Below, in pieces: positions 30,168-42,249 of a stretch of DNA of 64,000 bases. How positions within the stretch are numbered: position 1 is the stretch's first letter; each line of letters opens with the position of its first letter. This DNA is from Escherichia phage vB_Eco_F25. The translations under genes and the position numbers were made by a program. The notes below the pieces were generated by a model. That model was not told where the DNA came from. It did no database searches and saw only the letters and a list, made by a program, of their open reading frames with translations. The DNA lies in sequence record OP870144.1, one strand, 5' to 3'.

Positions 30168-30457
30168 TTATCCTCTTTTAGCTCTTGACGATAATAACAT
30201 ATCATAGTTTTTTGGTCATGTACATATCGTTTTACATCATTAAGCCAAATACGAAATTCCTGGGAATCTTCAAATGGCATACCGACCCAAGCTTTACCAT
30301 CAATAACTTTAACTTGCCAAGATAGTTTAGCTTCATCATATGACTTTATTTGTACAGGCCAATTAGGATGAACTGTTTCTTTCTTTACTTCTAGAGGCTT
30401 TGTCGAACAACCAACTAGAAGACCAATAGATAATATTACTGCTGATAGTTTAATCAT
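30158..30457 (-). CDS. pseT.2: Outer-membrane spanin-like lipoprotein (Rz1 equivalent; likely T4 pseT.2)
   Basis: 99-aa ORF with lipoprotein signal peptide and lipobox (MIKLSAVILSIGLLVGCS); immediately follows the TM/coiled-coil partner with 4-nt overlap. Confidence 0.65.
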   Translation of the reverse strand: MIKLSAVILSIGLLVGCSTKPLEVKKETVHPNWPVQIKSYDEAKLSWQVKVIDGKAWVGMPFEDSQEFRIWLNDVKRYVHDQKTMICYYRQELKEDKCK

Positions 30458-30807
30458 TTAGAAAGGTCCTGGATGTCTTCTGCGAACTTGTTGAAGGAGT
30501 TGTTGATTTGTTTTTCAACCAATCCTGGCTTATGGGCCACCACATCCGCCTTCTTTGCGTCTTTGCGCAGTTTTTCATTTTCACGCTCAATAGCAGCAAT
30601 TGCCTCACGATTTTTATTATTCATCGCATCAATATAATTATACTGAATTCGCAAATTGTTTAATGCTAAGGCGTTTTCATTGGCCGTTTTTGTAATTTCT
30701 ACAACAGACGTTTCTAATCTTTCAATTTTATTTTTTAAAATTAAAGAAGTTCCGCCTAATGCAATTACAATTAATAGCAAACCTGCTGTCGTATTACTTA
30801 ATTGCAT
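30454..30807 (-). CDS. pseT.3: Inner-membrane spanin-like protein (Rz equivalent; likely T4 pseT.3)
   Basis: 117-aa ORF: N-terminal TM helix (GLLLIVIALGGTSLIL) followed by a predicted coiled coil. Confidence 0.65.
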   Translation of the reverse strand: MQLSNTTAGLLLIVIALGGTSLILKNKIERLETSVVEITKTANENALALNNLRIQYNYIDAMNNKNREAIAAIERENEKLRKDAKKADVVAHKPGLVEKQINNSFNKFAEDIQDLSK

Positions 30808-31304
30808 AAAGTTTTAATAACCTCTATAATATCGTCTTGAGAAAGACCGTTAATTAAAATATGATGTTCCGCCGGAGATTTAGAAATTTTAAAGCATGCC
30901 GCAACATCTTCTGCCATATCCGATGCACTACGATTTGGATTACTAATTCCAAGACGATGCTTTCCAGTCAAAGGATTAACGATGATATAGCATTTACAAC
31001 TATTGATATGAACATTAGGTTGAGTCTGATTAATGAACACTTCACAATCATACTTAGCGAGTTGATTTTCTAAAAAGACTTTCATCTCCTCAACCGCATC
31101 AGGAAGCATATCACGGGCTTGCTCAAGACGACGATTTCGATATTCTTTAGTGGTCGTTTTCCGCTTGACTTGCTTCGCTAAATCTTTCTTAAGATCGGTG
31201 ATATATCCAACTCGACGATTTCCTTTGAATACAGAAATCCCATCTGTAGTATCACCGTATGCTTCAACGACCATTTCAGTAGTAATAAGCTGCAAATCCA
31301 TCAT
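30798..31304 (-). CDS. alc: Alc, inhibitor of host transcription on cytosine-containing DNA
   Basis: 168-aa ORF (T4 Alc about 167 aa) between pseT.3 and rnlA; early promoter at 31333-31362 upstream. Confidence 0.85.
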   Translation of the reverse strand: MMDLQLITTEMVVEAYGDTTDGISVFKGNRRVGYITDLKKDLAKQVKRKTTTKEYRNRRLEQARDMLPDAVEEMKVFLENQLAKYDCEVFINQTQPNVHINSCKCYIIVNPLTGKHRLGISNPNRSASDMAEDVAACFKISKSPAEHHILINGLSQDDIIEVIKTLCN

Positions 31305-31310
31305 AAAGTC

Positions 31311-31362
31311 CTCATGTTATGTCAGTAAGACTACTATAACACAACATGAGGGACTTGTAAAC
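31311..31362. repeat. Copy 2 of the early promoter / 5'-leader cassette (partner at 17581-17632)
   Basis: CTCATGTTATGTcAGTAAGACTACTATAACACAACAtGAGGGACTTGTAAAC. Confidence 0.7.
31333..31362 (-). promoter_or_regulatory. Early promoter upstream of alc
   Basis: Minus strand GTTTACAagtccctcatgttgtgtTATAGT about 30 nt upstream of the alc ATG. Confidence 0.6.
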
Positions 31363-31365
31363 AGC

Positions 31366-32953
<1,588 letters not shown>

Positions 32954-32980
32954 AATAAAATGGGCCTTGCGGCCCACTCC

Positions 32981-34159
32981 TTAAAAGTATTTTTTAAAAC
33001 TCATCATAACTTTATCATCAACATCATTATCAATCTGTGCAACAAGATAAGATGACAGTTCTACTTCTTGCGGCGCTGATTGAACATTATCAGAATTAAG
33101 GTATTCACGAATCCAAGGATATGGATGTTTAACCGGAGCATCGGTAATCGGGCATGGAAGACCGCACTGTTTCATACGAGATACAGTTAAGTAATCAATA
33201 AAGCTCCACATGCTATTTGTATTTAATCCAGGAACATCGCCATCTTTAAATAAATGAACTGCCCAATCTTTTTCTTGGCGGTTAACTTCCATGAAAATAT
33301 CAACTGCTTCTTGTTCACACTCTTTGGCAATTTTAACCCATTCATCACCATCAGTGCCAAGTTGAAGTTGACGAATAATATATTGTGTACCTTTAAGATG
33401 AAGCTGCTCATCACGTGCAATAAATTTCATAATCTTCGCATTACCTTCCATGATTTCCATGTTCTTATGGAAGTTGAAAGTACATGCAAAGGATACATAA
33501 AAACGAATAGCTTCCAGAGCATTGATAACATGAAGACACAGATAGAGAGACTTCATTAGGTCATGTTTACATTCTTCCATGTGCATAAGACTATTTGAAT
33601 ATGCATCTAAATCATATTCATTTTCGGAAAAACGTTTAAAAATTTCTTTGGCATTTTCCCATTCACGAGTCTTGACTAGAACATCGTCATAATAGCGGCC
33701 AATAGACTCAGCACGTTTCATAATAGCTTCATCTAATACAATTTCATCAAATACCTTCGATGGATCAGTATAAAGATTTCGCATGATATGAGTATACGAA
33801 CGAGAGTGAATAGTTTCACTGAATGTCCATGTAGCAACCCATGTATCAAGACTTGGGTCTGAAATTAACGACATAAGTACAGCAGATGGTGCACGACCCT
33901 GAATGCTATCTAGAAGTGATTGATACTTCAGGTTATTAGTAAAAATATCTTGCTGATATTGAGGAAGCTTGTTAAATTGCGCAGCATCCATCATTAAGTT
34001 TACTTCTTCAGGACGCCAGAAAAATGACAACTGCTTTTCGGTTAAATCTTCAAAAACTTTATGACGTTGAATATCATAACGCGCAATACCAAGACCTGAA
34101 CCAAAAAACATAGGTTCTTTTAAAACATCAACTGGATTTGTATTAAAAACTGTGCTCAT
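32981..34159 (-). CDS. nrdB: Ribonucleotide reductase small subunit NrdB (uninterrupted, no intron)
   Basis: 392-aa continuous ORF with RNR beta di-iron ligand motifs (e.g. EAIRFYVSF, DEQLHL). Confidence 0.93.
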   Translation of the reverse strand: MSTVFNTNPVDVLKEPMFFGSGLGIARYDIQRHKVFEDLTEKQLSFFWRPEEVNLMMDAAQFNKLPQYQQDIFTNNLKYQSLLDSIQGRAPSAVLMSLISDPSLDTWVATWTFSETIHSRSYTHIMRNLYTDPSKVFDEIVLDEAIMKRAESIGRYYDDVLVKTREWENAKEIFKRFSENEYDLDAYSNSLMHMEECKHDLMKSLYLCLHVINALEAIRFYVSFACTFNFHKNMEIMEGNAKIMKFIARDEQLHLKGTQYIIRQLQLGTDGDEWVKIAKECEQEAVDIFMEVNRQEKDWAVHLFKDGDVPGLNTNSMWSFIDYLTVSRMKQCGLPCPITDAPVKHPYPWIREYLNSDNVQSAPQEVELSSYLVAQIDNDVDDKVMMSFKKYF

Positions 34160-34210
34160 AAATTTTCCACTTAGTTAATAGATAGTGACTCGTCCATGAG
34201 TCAAATTATA

Positions 34211-36475
34211 TCATAATTTACAGGATGAACAATCTTCAGCTTTTGGAGTTTCTATTTCATAATCATCAGTACCAGAACCATCACGGGTATTATGATAATA
34301 GAAATTTTTTCCGCCAAAATACCAAAAATACAAAAGGTCATCAATCATTATTGACATTGGAACCTTTCCTTTTGGAAAAATCTGTGGGTCATAATATGTA
34401 TTCGCCGAAGCTGATTGACAAACCCATTTCAGCATAATAGCTACCTGCGTAAGATAAGGTTTATTACCTTTCTTAGCTAATTTCCATGTATAATCATAGA
34501 GGTCTATGTTATGCTCAATATTGGGCACGACTTGATTAAAGGAGCCCTCTTTTGATTCTTTAACAGAGACTGGTCCACGTGGAGGCTCGATACCGTTTGT
34601 ACTGTTAGAAACTTGGGAAGATGACTCACATGGCATAAGTGCTGATAATGTGCTATTACGGATGCCAAAGAGCTTAAGGTCTTCCCGCAGCGACGACCAG
34701 TCACAAACGTATTTTGGAGCTGCGATTTGGTCAATCTTTTTATTGTACCAGTCGATAGGTAATTCGCCTCGAGACCAACGAGTGTCTGAATAATATTCAC
34801 AAGGTCCTTTTTCTTTGGCGAGTTTAATGGATGCTTTAATGAGTCCATACTGTAATCTCTCAAATAATTCATGTGTTAAATCGTTAGCATCTTCATAAGA
34901 AGCAAAGTTACTTGCCAGCCAAGCTGCATAGTTAGTAACACCTACACCGAGGTTACGACGCTTTTTAGCTTTTTCTGCTTCAGGAACTGGATATCCTTGG
35001 TAATCCAAAAGATTATCGAGAGCACGAACTTGGACTTCTGCCAATTCATTAATTTTATCTTGGTCTTGCCAGTCAAAATTATCCAGTACGAATGCAGAGA
35101 GAGTACACAATCCAATTTCAGCATCTGGACTATTCACATCATTTGTTGGAATAGCAATTTCACAACACAAGTTACTCTGACGAATAGGTGCCTTTTCACG
35201 AATAAACGGAGTATAGTTATTCGTATTATCAATGAACTGCACATAAATCCTTGCTGTTCCTGAGCGTTCAGTCATGAGCAATTCAAATAGTTCACGGGCT
35301 TTAATACGCTTTTTACGAATATTAGGGTCTTTTTCTGCTGCTTCGTATAATTCACGGAAACGGTCTTGGTCTTTAAAATAAGAATAATAAAGCTCGCCAC
35401 CCATTTCATGCGGACTGAACAAAGTAATGTAATCGTTCTTTCCGAATCGTTCCATCATCAAATCATTCAGTTGAACACCATAATCCATATGACGAATGCG
35501 GTTTTCTTCTACGCCTTTGTTATTTTTCAAAACAAGAAGATTTTCAACTTCCAAATGCCAAATAGGATAATAAGCAGTAGCAGCGCCGCCACGAATTCCA
35601 CCCTGTGAGCATGATTTAACAGCAGTCTGAAAATGTTTCCAAAAAGGAATAACACCGGTATGGCGTACTTCACCCATGCCAATCTTAGAACCTTCGGCAC
35701 GAATCATACCAACATTAATACCAATTCCAGCGCGTTTGGAGATATATTCAACAATTGAAGCGGAAGCCTTATTGATAGACTTTAATGAATCACCTGCCTC
35801 AATAACAACGCATGAACTAAACTGTCGAGTCGGAGTACGACAGCCAGCCATAATAGGAGTTGGCAATGAAATCTGTCGAGTAGATACTGCTTCATAAAAA
35901 CGAATAACATGTTTTAATCTATCAACAGGTTCATCTTGATGCAATGCCATTCCAATAGTCATAAATGCAAACTGTGGAGTTTCATAAATTTGACCAGTGG
36001 TTTTATCTTTAACTAGATATTTTTCTTTTAATTGCATCGCCCCGGAATAAGTAAATTCCATATCCCGCTCGTGCTTAATTTTTGATTCTAAAAATGTAAT
36101 TTCTTCTGCTGAATATTTTGACAATAATTCAGGGTCATATTTACCTTCATTTACACAGTAAGAAATATGGTCAATAAATGAACGTGGTTCATATTGTCCG
36201 TAAACATGCTTACGAAGAGCAAACATTAAACAGCGCGCAGCTACATATTGATAATCAGGCTCTTCAACCGAAATAGAATTCGCAGCAGCCTTAATTACAA
36301 TGGTTTGAATGTCATCAGTGGTCATTCCATCACGGAGATATGATTTAATATTTTCATATAATTCATAAGGATCTACAGATGTTCCTTCAGCTGCCCAAGA
36401 TAAAACTTTAATAATTTTTTGTGGATCAAAGCTCTGAGAAACACCACTACTTTTGATAACATTAATTAATTGCAT
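34211..36475 (-). CDS. nrdA: Ribonucleotide reductase large subunit NrdA
   Basis: 754-aa ORF (T4 NrdA length) with class Ia RNR active-site region (NLCCEIAIP). Confidence 0.95.
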   Translation of the reverse strand: MQLINVIKSSGVSQSFDPQKIIKVLSWAAEGTSVDPYELYENIKSYLRDGMTTDDIQTIVIKAAANSISVEEPDYQYVAARCLMFALRKHVYGQYEPRSFIDHISYCVNEGKYDPELLSKYSAEEITFLESKIKHERDMEFTYSGAMQLKEKYLVKDKTTGQIYETPQFAFMTIGMALHQDEPVDRLKHVIRFYEAVSTRQISLPTPIMAGCRTPTRQFSSCVVIEAGDSLKSINKASASIVEYISKRAGIGINVGMIRAEGSKIGMGEVRHTGVIPFWKHFQTAVKSCSQGGIRGGAATAYYPIWHLEVENLLVLKNNKGVEENRIRHMDYGVQLNDLMMERFGKNDYITLFSPHEMGGELYYSYFKDQDRFRELYEAAEKDPNIRKKRIKARELFELLMTERSGTARIYVQFIDNTNNYTPFIREKAPIRQSNLCCEIAIPTNDVNSPDAEIGLCTLSAFVLDNFDWQDQDKINELAEVQVRALDNLLDYQGYPVPEAEKAKKRRNLGVGVTNYAAWLASNFASYEDANDLTHELFERLQYGLIKASIKLAKEKGPCEYYSDTRWSRGELPIDWYNKKIDQIAAPKYVCDWSSLREDLKLFGIRNSTLSALMPCESSSQVSNSTNGIEPPRGPVSVKESKEGSFNQVVPNIEHNIDLYDYTWKLAKKGNKPYLTQVAIMLKWVCQSASANTYYDPQIFPKGKVPMSIMIDDLLYFWYFGGKNFYYHNTRDGSGTDDYEIETPKAEDCSSCKL

Positions 36476-36792
36476 AAGTCCTCAACTTGAAAATCGTCTT
36501 TAAACAATCGGTTAACTATATGAGCTATTATATCACCATGACACGGCTTTGGTTTACATGTGCATCCTAGCCTCATTCCACGTAAAGGCTCTAAATGTGC
36601 TTTAGTTATTTCTCCGGATTTAATTCGACGTATAAAATCTTTTTTGAATAATTCAATGGCAGCCTCCCGGCTGCCAGCATCTTTACCGACGTAATTTCCC
36701 CAAAATGTACCACGGTGAATATTAACATCAAAGTCGGATTTATATTTATTCACTACTTGGCATAGACGGCCCGCGCGGTGATAATTCGTCAT
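36466..36792 (-). CDS. Hypothetical Cys/His-motif protein (T4 nrdA.1 position)
   Basis: 108-aa ORF; C-terminal [11 protein letters not shown] motif suggests metal binding. Confidence 0.6.
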   Translation of the reverse strand: MTNYHRAGRLCQVVNKYKSDFDVNIHRGTFWGNYVGKDAGSREAAIELFKKDFIRRIKSGEITKAHLEPLRGMRLGCTCKPKPCHGDIIAHIVNRLFKDDFQVEDLCN

Positions 36793-37021
36793 ATTGTTTT
36801 TCCGTTAAAACAGTAATATCATAATAACAATCTGAAGAAGTTTTAACTGTAGAAATTTTATTATCAAAATACTCACGAGTCATTTTATGAGTATAATATT
36901 TTTTGCCATAAATGATAATAGGCTGATTTGGTCCTGGAACTTCTAACTCGCTTGGGTTAGGAAGTGTAAAAAGAACTACACCAGAAGTATCTTTAAATCG
37001 TAAAATCATATATCCTCTCAA
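36746..37021 (-). CDS. Hypothetical protein (T4 nrdA.2 position)
   Basis: 91-aa ORF. Confidence 0.5.
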   Translation of the reverse strand: MRGYMILRFKDTSGVVLFTLPNPSELEVPGPNQPIIIYGKKYYTHKMTREYFDNKISTVKTSSDCYYDITVLTEKQYDELSPRGPSMPSSE

Positions 37022-37032
37022 TTAAATTAAAA

Positions 37033-37344
37033 TTATACCGCCATCTTTCCTTTAATTGACGGATGAGATACATAGTTGTTAAGAACAAAATTATGAGGCT
37101 TTGCAAATTGACTCAACCAAAATACCTGCGATTCTGTGTCCCATTCATCAAATTCATCTGGAAATTTTAATTGTAATTCGCATAAATCCATAGGTTCACG
37201 GCGTAAAATTTCTTTACATTGTTCTACGTGATTCATATAGATATGAGTATTACCACCAGAAAATATCAAATCTCCAGGAATAAGATTACACATTTTAGCT
37301 ACAATATGAACTAACGTAGCATATGATGCAATATTAAATGGAAG
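37033..37344 (-). CDS. td: Thymidylate synthase, exon 2
   Basis: Exon boundary placed from the recalled T4 td intron 3' end (…CATAATG|CTACCG); translation LPFNIASYATLVHIVAKMCNL… continues the TS fold; exons 1+2 give 286 aa. Confidence 0.9.
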   Translation of the reverse strand, partial: LPFNIASYATLVHIVAKMCNLIPGDLIFSGGNTHIYMNHVEQCKEILRREPMDLCELQLKFPDEFDEWDTESQVFWLSQFAKPHNFVLNNYVSHPSIKGKMAV

Positions 37345-38360
37345 CATTATGTTCAGATAAGGTCGTTAATCTTACCCCGGAATTATATCCAGCTGCATGT
37401 CACCATGCAGATCAGACTATATCTCCAACTTGTTAAAGCAAGTTGTCTATCGTTTCGAGTCACTTGACCCTACTCCCCAAAGGGATAGTCGTTAGGCATT
37501 TATGTAGAACCAATTCCATTTATCAGATTTTACACGATAAGTAACTAATCCAGACGAAATTTTAAAATGTCTAGCTGCATCTGCTGCACAATCAAAAATA
37601 ACCCCATCACATGAAATCTTTTTAATATTACTAGGCTTTTTACCTTTCATCTTTTCTGATATTTTAGATTTAGTTATGTCTGAATGCTTATGATTAAAGA
37701 ATGAATTATTTTCACCTGAACGATTTCTGCATTTACTACAAGTATAAGCAGAAGTTTGTATGCGAACACCGCACTTACAAAACTTATGGGTTTCTGGATT
37801 CCAACGCCCGTTTTTACTTCCGGGTTTACTGTAAAGAGCTTTCCGACCATCAGGTCCAAGTTTAAGCATCTTAGCTTTAACAGTTTCAGAACGTTTCTTA
37901 ATAATTTCTTCTTTTAATGGATGCGTAGAACATGTATCACCAAACGTTGCATCAGCAATATTGTATCCATTAATTTTAGAATTAAGCTCTTTAATCCAAA
38001 AATTTTCTCGTTCAATAATCAAATCTTTCTCATATGGAATTTCTTCCAAAATAGAACATTCAAACACATTACCATGTTTGTTAAAAGACCTCTGAAGCTT
38101 TATAGAAGAATGGCATCCTTTTTCTAAATCTTTAAAATGCCTCTTCCATCTCTTTTCAAAATCTTTAGCACTTCCTACATATACTTTATTGTTTAAAGTA
38201 TTTTTAATCTGATAAATTCCGCTTTTCATAAATACCTCTTTAAATATAGAAGTATTTATTAAAGGGCAGTCCTACAATTTAGCACGGGATTGTCTACTAG
38301 AGAGGTTCCCCGTTTAGATAGATTACAAGTATAAGTCACCTTATACTCAGGCCTCAATTA
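37345..38360 (-). mobile_element. Group I self-splicing intron in td (1016 nt) carrying the I-TevI ORF
   Basis: 5' end TAATTGAGGCCTGAGTATAAGGTGACTTATACTTGTAATCTATCTAAACGGGGAACC… recognised as the T4 td intron; length 1016 nt matches; splits an otherwise continuous TS reading frame. Confidence 0.9.
37492..38229 (-). CDS. I-TevI: Intron-encoded GIY-YIG homing endonuclease I-TevI
   Basis: 245-aa ORF (I-TevI length); N-terminal GIY-YIG motif (MKSGIYQIKNTLNNKVYVGSAKDFEKRWKRH); zinc-finger/linker CKCGVRIQTSAYTCSKC. Confidence 0.93.
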   Translation of the reverse strand: MKSGIYQIKNTLNNKVYVGSAKDFEKRWKRHFKDLEKGCHSSIKLQRSFNKHGNVFECSILEEIPYEKDLIIERENFWIKELNSKINGYNIADATFGDTCSTHPLKEEIIKKRSETVKAKMLKLGPDGRKALYSKPGSKNGRWNPETHKFCKCGVRIQTSAYTCSKCRNRSGENNSFFNHKHSDITKSKISEKMKGKKPSNIKKISCDGVIFDCAADAARHFKISSGLVTYRVKSDKWNWFYINA

Positions 38361-38909
38361 ACCCAAGAAAACATCTACTGATCGTTGATACCACTGCAAA
38401 TCCAAATAACCATTACGCACATTAAACTGATAGAACATGTGACAAGGCGGTAATGCCATTTGCTTGAGTTCAGCTGGATTCCATGCTGAAACAACTTGAC
38501 GTCTATCATTTGGCAGTTTTTTAATACGATCAATAACTTCTACAATTTGGTCTACACCGCCAAAATCACGCCATTGTTTTCCATAAATTGGACCAAGTTC
38601 ACCACTATGATATCCTAAATCTTTTGCCTGATTTTCGTAATTTTCATCCCAGACTGTTTTGCCTTGAATTAATGAATCATGCTGAATTAATCGTAAATCA
38701 TTTACATTAGTACTTCCTGATAAAAACCATATTAGCTCAGCAATACAAGCTTTCCAAGCGAGCTTCTTAGTTGTTACTGCAGGAAAACCTTTAGTTAAAT
38801 CCCAGCGCAATTTAGTACCGAACAAAGCAATTGTTCCTGTGCCTGTTCGGTCATCAGTTTCATAGCCATTTTCAAAAATGTCTTTAATTAAATCTTGGTA
38901 TTGTTTCAT
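38361..38909 (-). CDS. td: Thymidylate synthase, exon 1
   Basis: 183 codons ending …RSVDVFLG at the intron 5' splice site; TS active-site Cys region (ALPPCHMFYQF). Confidence 0.92.
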
Positions 38910-38953
38910 TTAGTACCTTATATAAATTATAATACATTTTATGAAGCTAATAA

Positions 38954-39313
38954 TCAATACGGTTTAGCATCAAATTTTCTTTCAATTTCAGGCGTGAAAT
39001 ATAATTCTTTACCGCGTTTGGAAAAGCGACCAATAATATGATAATTATTCTCATCAAACGTAATATTGCCAATATCCATAGCTTTCAACCAAATATCGAT
39101 ATTTCTGTCAAGCTTTATATCAAAATTCCAATACGGAGAACTATTACCGAAAATACTGCAAGCGGATTCAGTGAAACAACTGCTATAAATCTTGTCTTTA
39201 GGAACTACTAATTGATAGACGCCTTTAATAAACTGAGGACCCTGCCATTTAGGTTGTTTCGCGTCTTTTTCTAATAGAATAGGGTAATAATTAAAGCTCA
39301 TATTTTCCGCCAC
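38954..39313 (-). CDS. Hypothetical protein (119 aa) inserted between frd and td
   Basis: Uninterrupted ORF filling a roughly 410-bp gap between frd stop and td start; co-oriented; no recognisable motif. Confidence 0.55.
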   Translation of the reverse strand: MAENMSFNYYPILLEKDAKQPKWQGPQFIKGVYQLVVPKDKIYSSCFTESACSIFGNSSPYWNFDIKLDRNIDIWLKAMDIGNITFDENNYHIIGRFSKRGKELYFTPEIERKFDAKPY

Positions 39314-39321
39314 GCGTTATT

Positions 39322-40148
<827 letters not shown>

Positions 40149-40158
40149 ATTATTTTCC

Positions 40159-40401
40159 TTAAACAGACTTTTTCACAATTTTCCAATCAGCTTTAAACTG
40201 TTCAACGTCAGAATAGTAAATCCAAAATCCCGCGCTTTCTCCATCTTCATAAAGAGGACATCCATCACATTCATCTTCCCACCCCATATCGCGTAAAAGG
40301 CGTTCAGCTTTTTCAACAAGCTCAGAATCTTTACCGATGATATTAAAATACCATTTACCTCTAACTTCTGAATCTTTGATGCTCTGGCGTTGTAATCTCA
40401 T
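40159..40401 (-). CDS. Hypothetical protein (T4 frd.2 position)
   Basis: 80-aa ORF. Confidence 0.6.
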   Translation of the reverse strand: MRLQRQSIKDSEVRGKWYFNIIGKDSELVEKAERLLRDMGWEDECDGCPLYEDGESAGFWIYYSDVEQFKADWKIVKKSV

Positions 40402-40509
40402 TTTATTCTCCTTAGCAAGCTTTAATCAAAAGATATAAACAGACCAACATAACTGCTGCCATAATATAAGGTGCGAACATTTTCTTTTCTCCATTAGTTT
40501 TGATAGGGT

Positions 40510-40539
40510 AATAGTATCACACTACTACCCTTCTGTAAA
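40510..40539 (-). promoter_or_regulatory. Early promoter upstream of the frd.2-position ORF
   Basis: Minus strand GTTTACA-17-TACTAT. Confidence 0.5.
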
Positions 40540-40941
40540 CTACTTTTTGAAAGTTTTTCGCAAAAGTTCAATGATTTCATCTACATTGTTTTCGTCAACA
40601 ATGCAGTGAATTTTTGTTACGCCAGAAACCTTGTCTTTGACTTCATCTTCTTCAGAAGTTGGTTCTTTATATTCGCGGAAACAATAAAACTCTTCTTCAC
40701 TAAGTTCAAAATAATCATCACCCATACCATCATCATTATAGATTTCACCATTAGCACAAATGATTTCGGTTACATAATCAAAGCCATCTAAACTTGATAT
40801 TGATTTAACTTCAAACCAACCACCATTTTCTTGAATGATGCCGACCATATTAGCATTTGATGAACTAATATCAATGAAAGATTTAATACGGTGTGGATTT
40901 AACTCGTATTTTTTGCCGATTTCCATTTTGATTTTCCTCAT
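40540..40941 (-). CDS. Hypothetical protein (133 aa)
   Basis: ORF preceded by GC hairpin at 40948-40965. Confidence 0.6.
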   Translation of the reverse strand: MRKIKMEIGKKYELNPHRIKSFIDISSSNANMVGIIQENGGWFEVKSISSLDGFDYVTEIICANGEIYNDDGMGDDYFELSEEEFYCFREYKEPTSEEDEVKDKVSGVTKIHCIVDENNVDEIIELLRKTFKK

Positions 40942-40971
40942 TTTAATAGGGGCTTAATAGCCCCTTGATAA

Positions 40972-41199
40972 TTATTGTTCAATCATTCCCATGTAAAATT
41001 CTGTGTCTTCAGCATCCATACCATCACAATATTCATTAGCCATAAAGCGGGTGAGGTCTTCAAGAGGACCTTCAATAACGATTTGAATACTCCAAAACTT
41101 AGAATCTTGCACGCTTGTGATACTAAGTTCAGGATAACGATTACGAATAATCTCTTCAATATATTCAAAATCAACGATGTCAATATCAACTTTAGCCAT
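40972..41199 (-). CDS. Hypothetical protein (75 aa from internal ATG)
   Basis: Start chosen at MAKVDIDIV… just downstream of an early promoter (41243-41272); the track ORF extends to 41262 and would include the promoter. Confidence 0.5.
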   Translation of the reverse strand: MAKVDIDIVDFEYIEEIIRNRYPELSITSVQDSKFWSIQIVIEGPLEDLTRFMANEYCDGMDAEDTEFYMGMIEQ

Positions 41200-41242
41200 A
41201 TTGTTTTCCTCTTTAATCATCAGCAGTATTGCCGATAGTTGT

Positions 41243-41272
41243 ATAGTACCATGGAAGAACAAGGATGTAAAC
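41243..41272 (-). promoter_or_regulatory. Early promoter downstream of the gene 32 terminator
   Basis: Minus strand GTTTACA-17-TACTAT with A/T-rich UP-like element; member of a near-identical promoter family (see 58516 and 62145). Confidence 0.55.
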
Positions 41273-41280
41273 AGTTTTGT

Positions 41281-41321
41281 GAAAAATTTTTAAAATAAAA
41301 AAGGGGACCTCTAGGGTCCCC
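41281..41321 (-). terminator. Terminator downstream of gene 32
   Basis: Hairpin GGGACC-TCTA-GGGTCCC followed on the minus strand by a U-run. Confidence 0.65.
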
Positions 41322-41343
41322 AATTAATTAGTAATATAATCTA

Positions 41344-42249
41344 TTAAAGGTCATTCAAAAGGTCATCCAGGTCCGTGTCATCAGCACTAGATGAACTGCC
41401 AGAGCTTGAGCTCATAAAATCATCTTCAGTTTTTGTTTTGAAGTCATCAACATTGAATGCATCCAAATCATCAGCAACTTTATCAGCTTTCTTAGCGGCA
41501 GTTGCTGCGGCACCACCCATAGCAGCAGTTCCCATAACTTGACTGAACTTAGTGCTCAGTTCTTCAAACGATTTGAATTTATCTTTAGAAGTCATTTCAG
41601 AAAGGTCAACCATTTGTTCGAACAGTTCTTTCTGGAAAGATTCATCATCAATGTTTGGAATCGCAGATTGATTCAGGAATTTAGATTCATCGTAGTTACT
41701 AAAACCAGAAACTTGTTTAACTTTCAGTACAAAGTTAGCACCTTCCCACGGACAAGTTACATCAACCGGAGTTTCACCCATTTCAACATCAACCGCAATC
41801 ATCGCGTTGATTTTATCCCAGATTTTCTTACCGAAACGATATTTAAATACTTTACCTTCATTTTCTGGAGCAGCTGGGTCTTTTACAACAAGAATATTAG
41901 CCCAGTAAGAAGTTTTACGTTTAACAAGACTGTACTCTTTATTGTCAGTGTTGTACAGATCATTTTTACTGATGTACTGACATACTGGACAAGAATCGTA
42001 ATCACCATGGGTAGATGAACATGTTTCAATATACCATTTACCATTTTTCTTGAAACCGTGATTTACAAGAATTGCGAATGGTGCTTGTTCATCATTTTTA
42101 GACGGAAGAAAACGAATTACTGCTTGACCGTTACCCGCATTATCGAGTTTCAGTTTCCACTCGCCTTTATCTTCAGAAGAAAAACCTTTATTGCCATTCA
42201 GTTTAGCCATTTGTGCAGCAAGTTCAGCAGTAGATTTACGTTTAAACAT
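41344..42249 (-). CDS. 32: Single-stranded DNA-binding protein gp32
   Basis: 301-aa ORF; sequence [51 protein letters not shown]… recognised; acidic Ser/Asp-rich C-terminus; known autoregulatory leader upstream. Confidence 0.97.
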
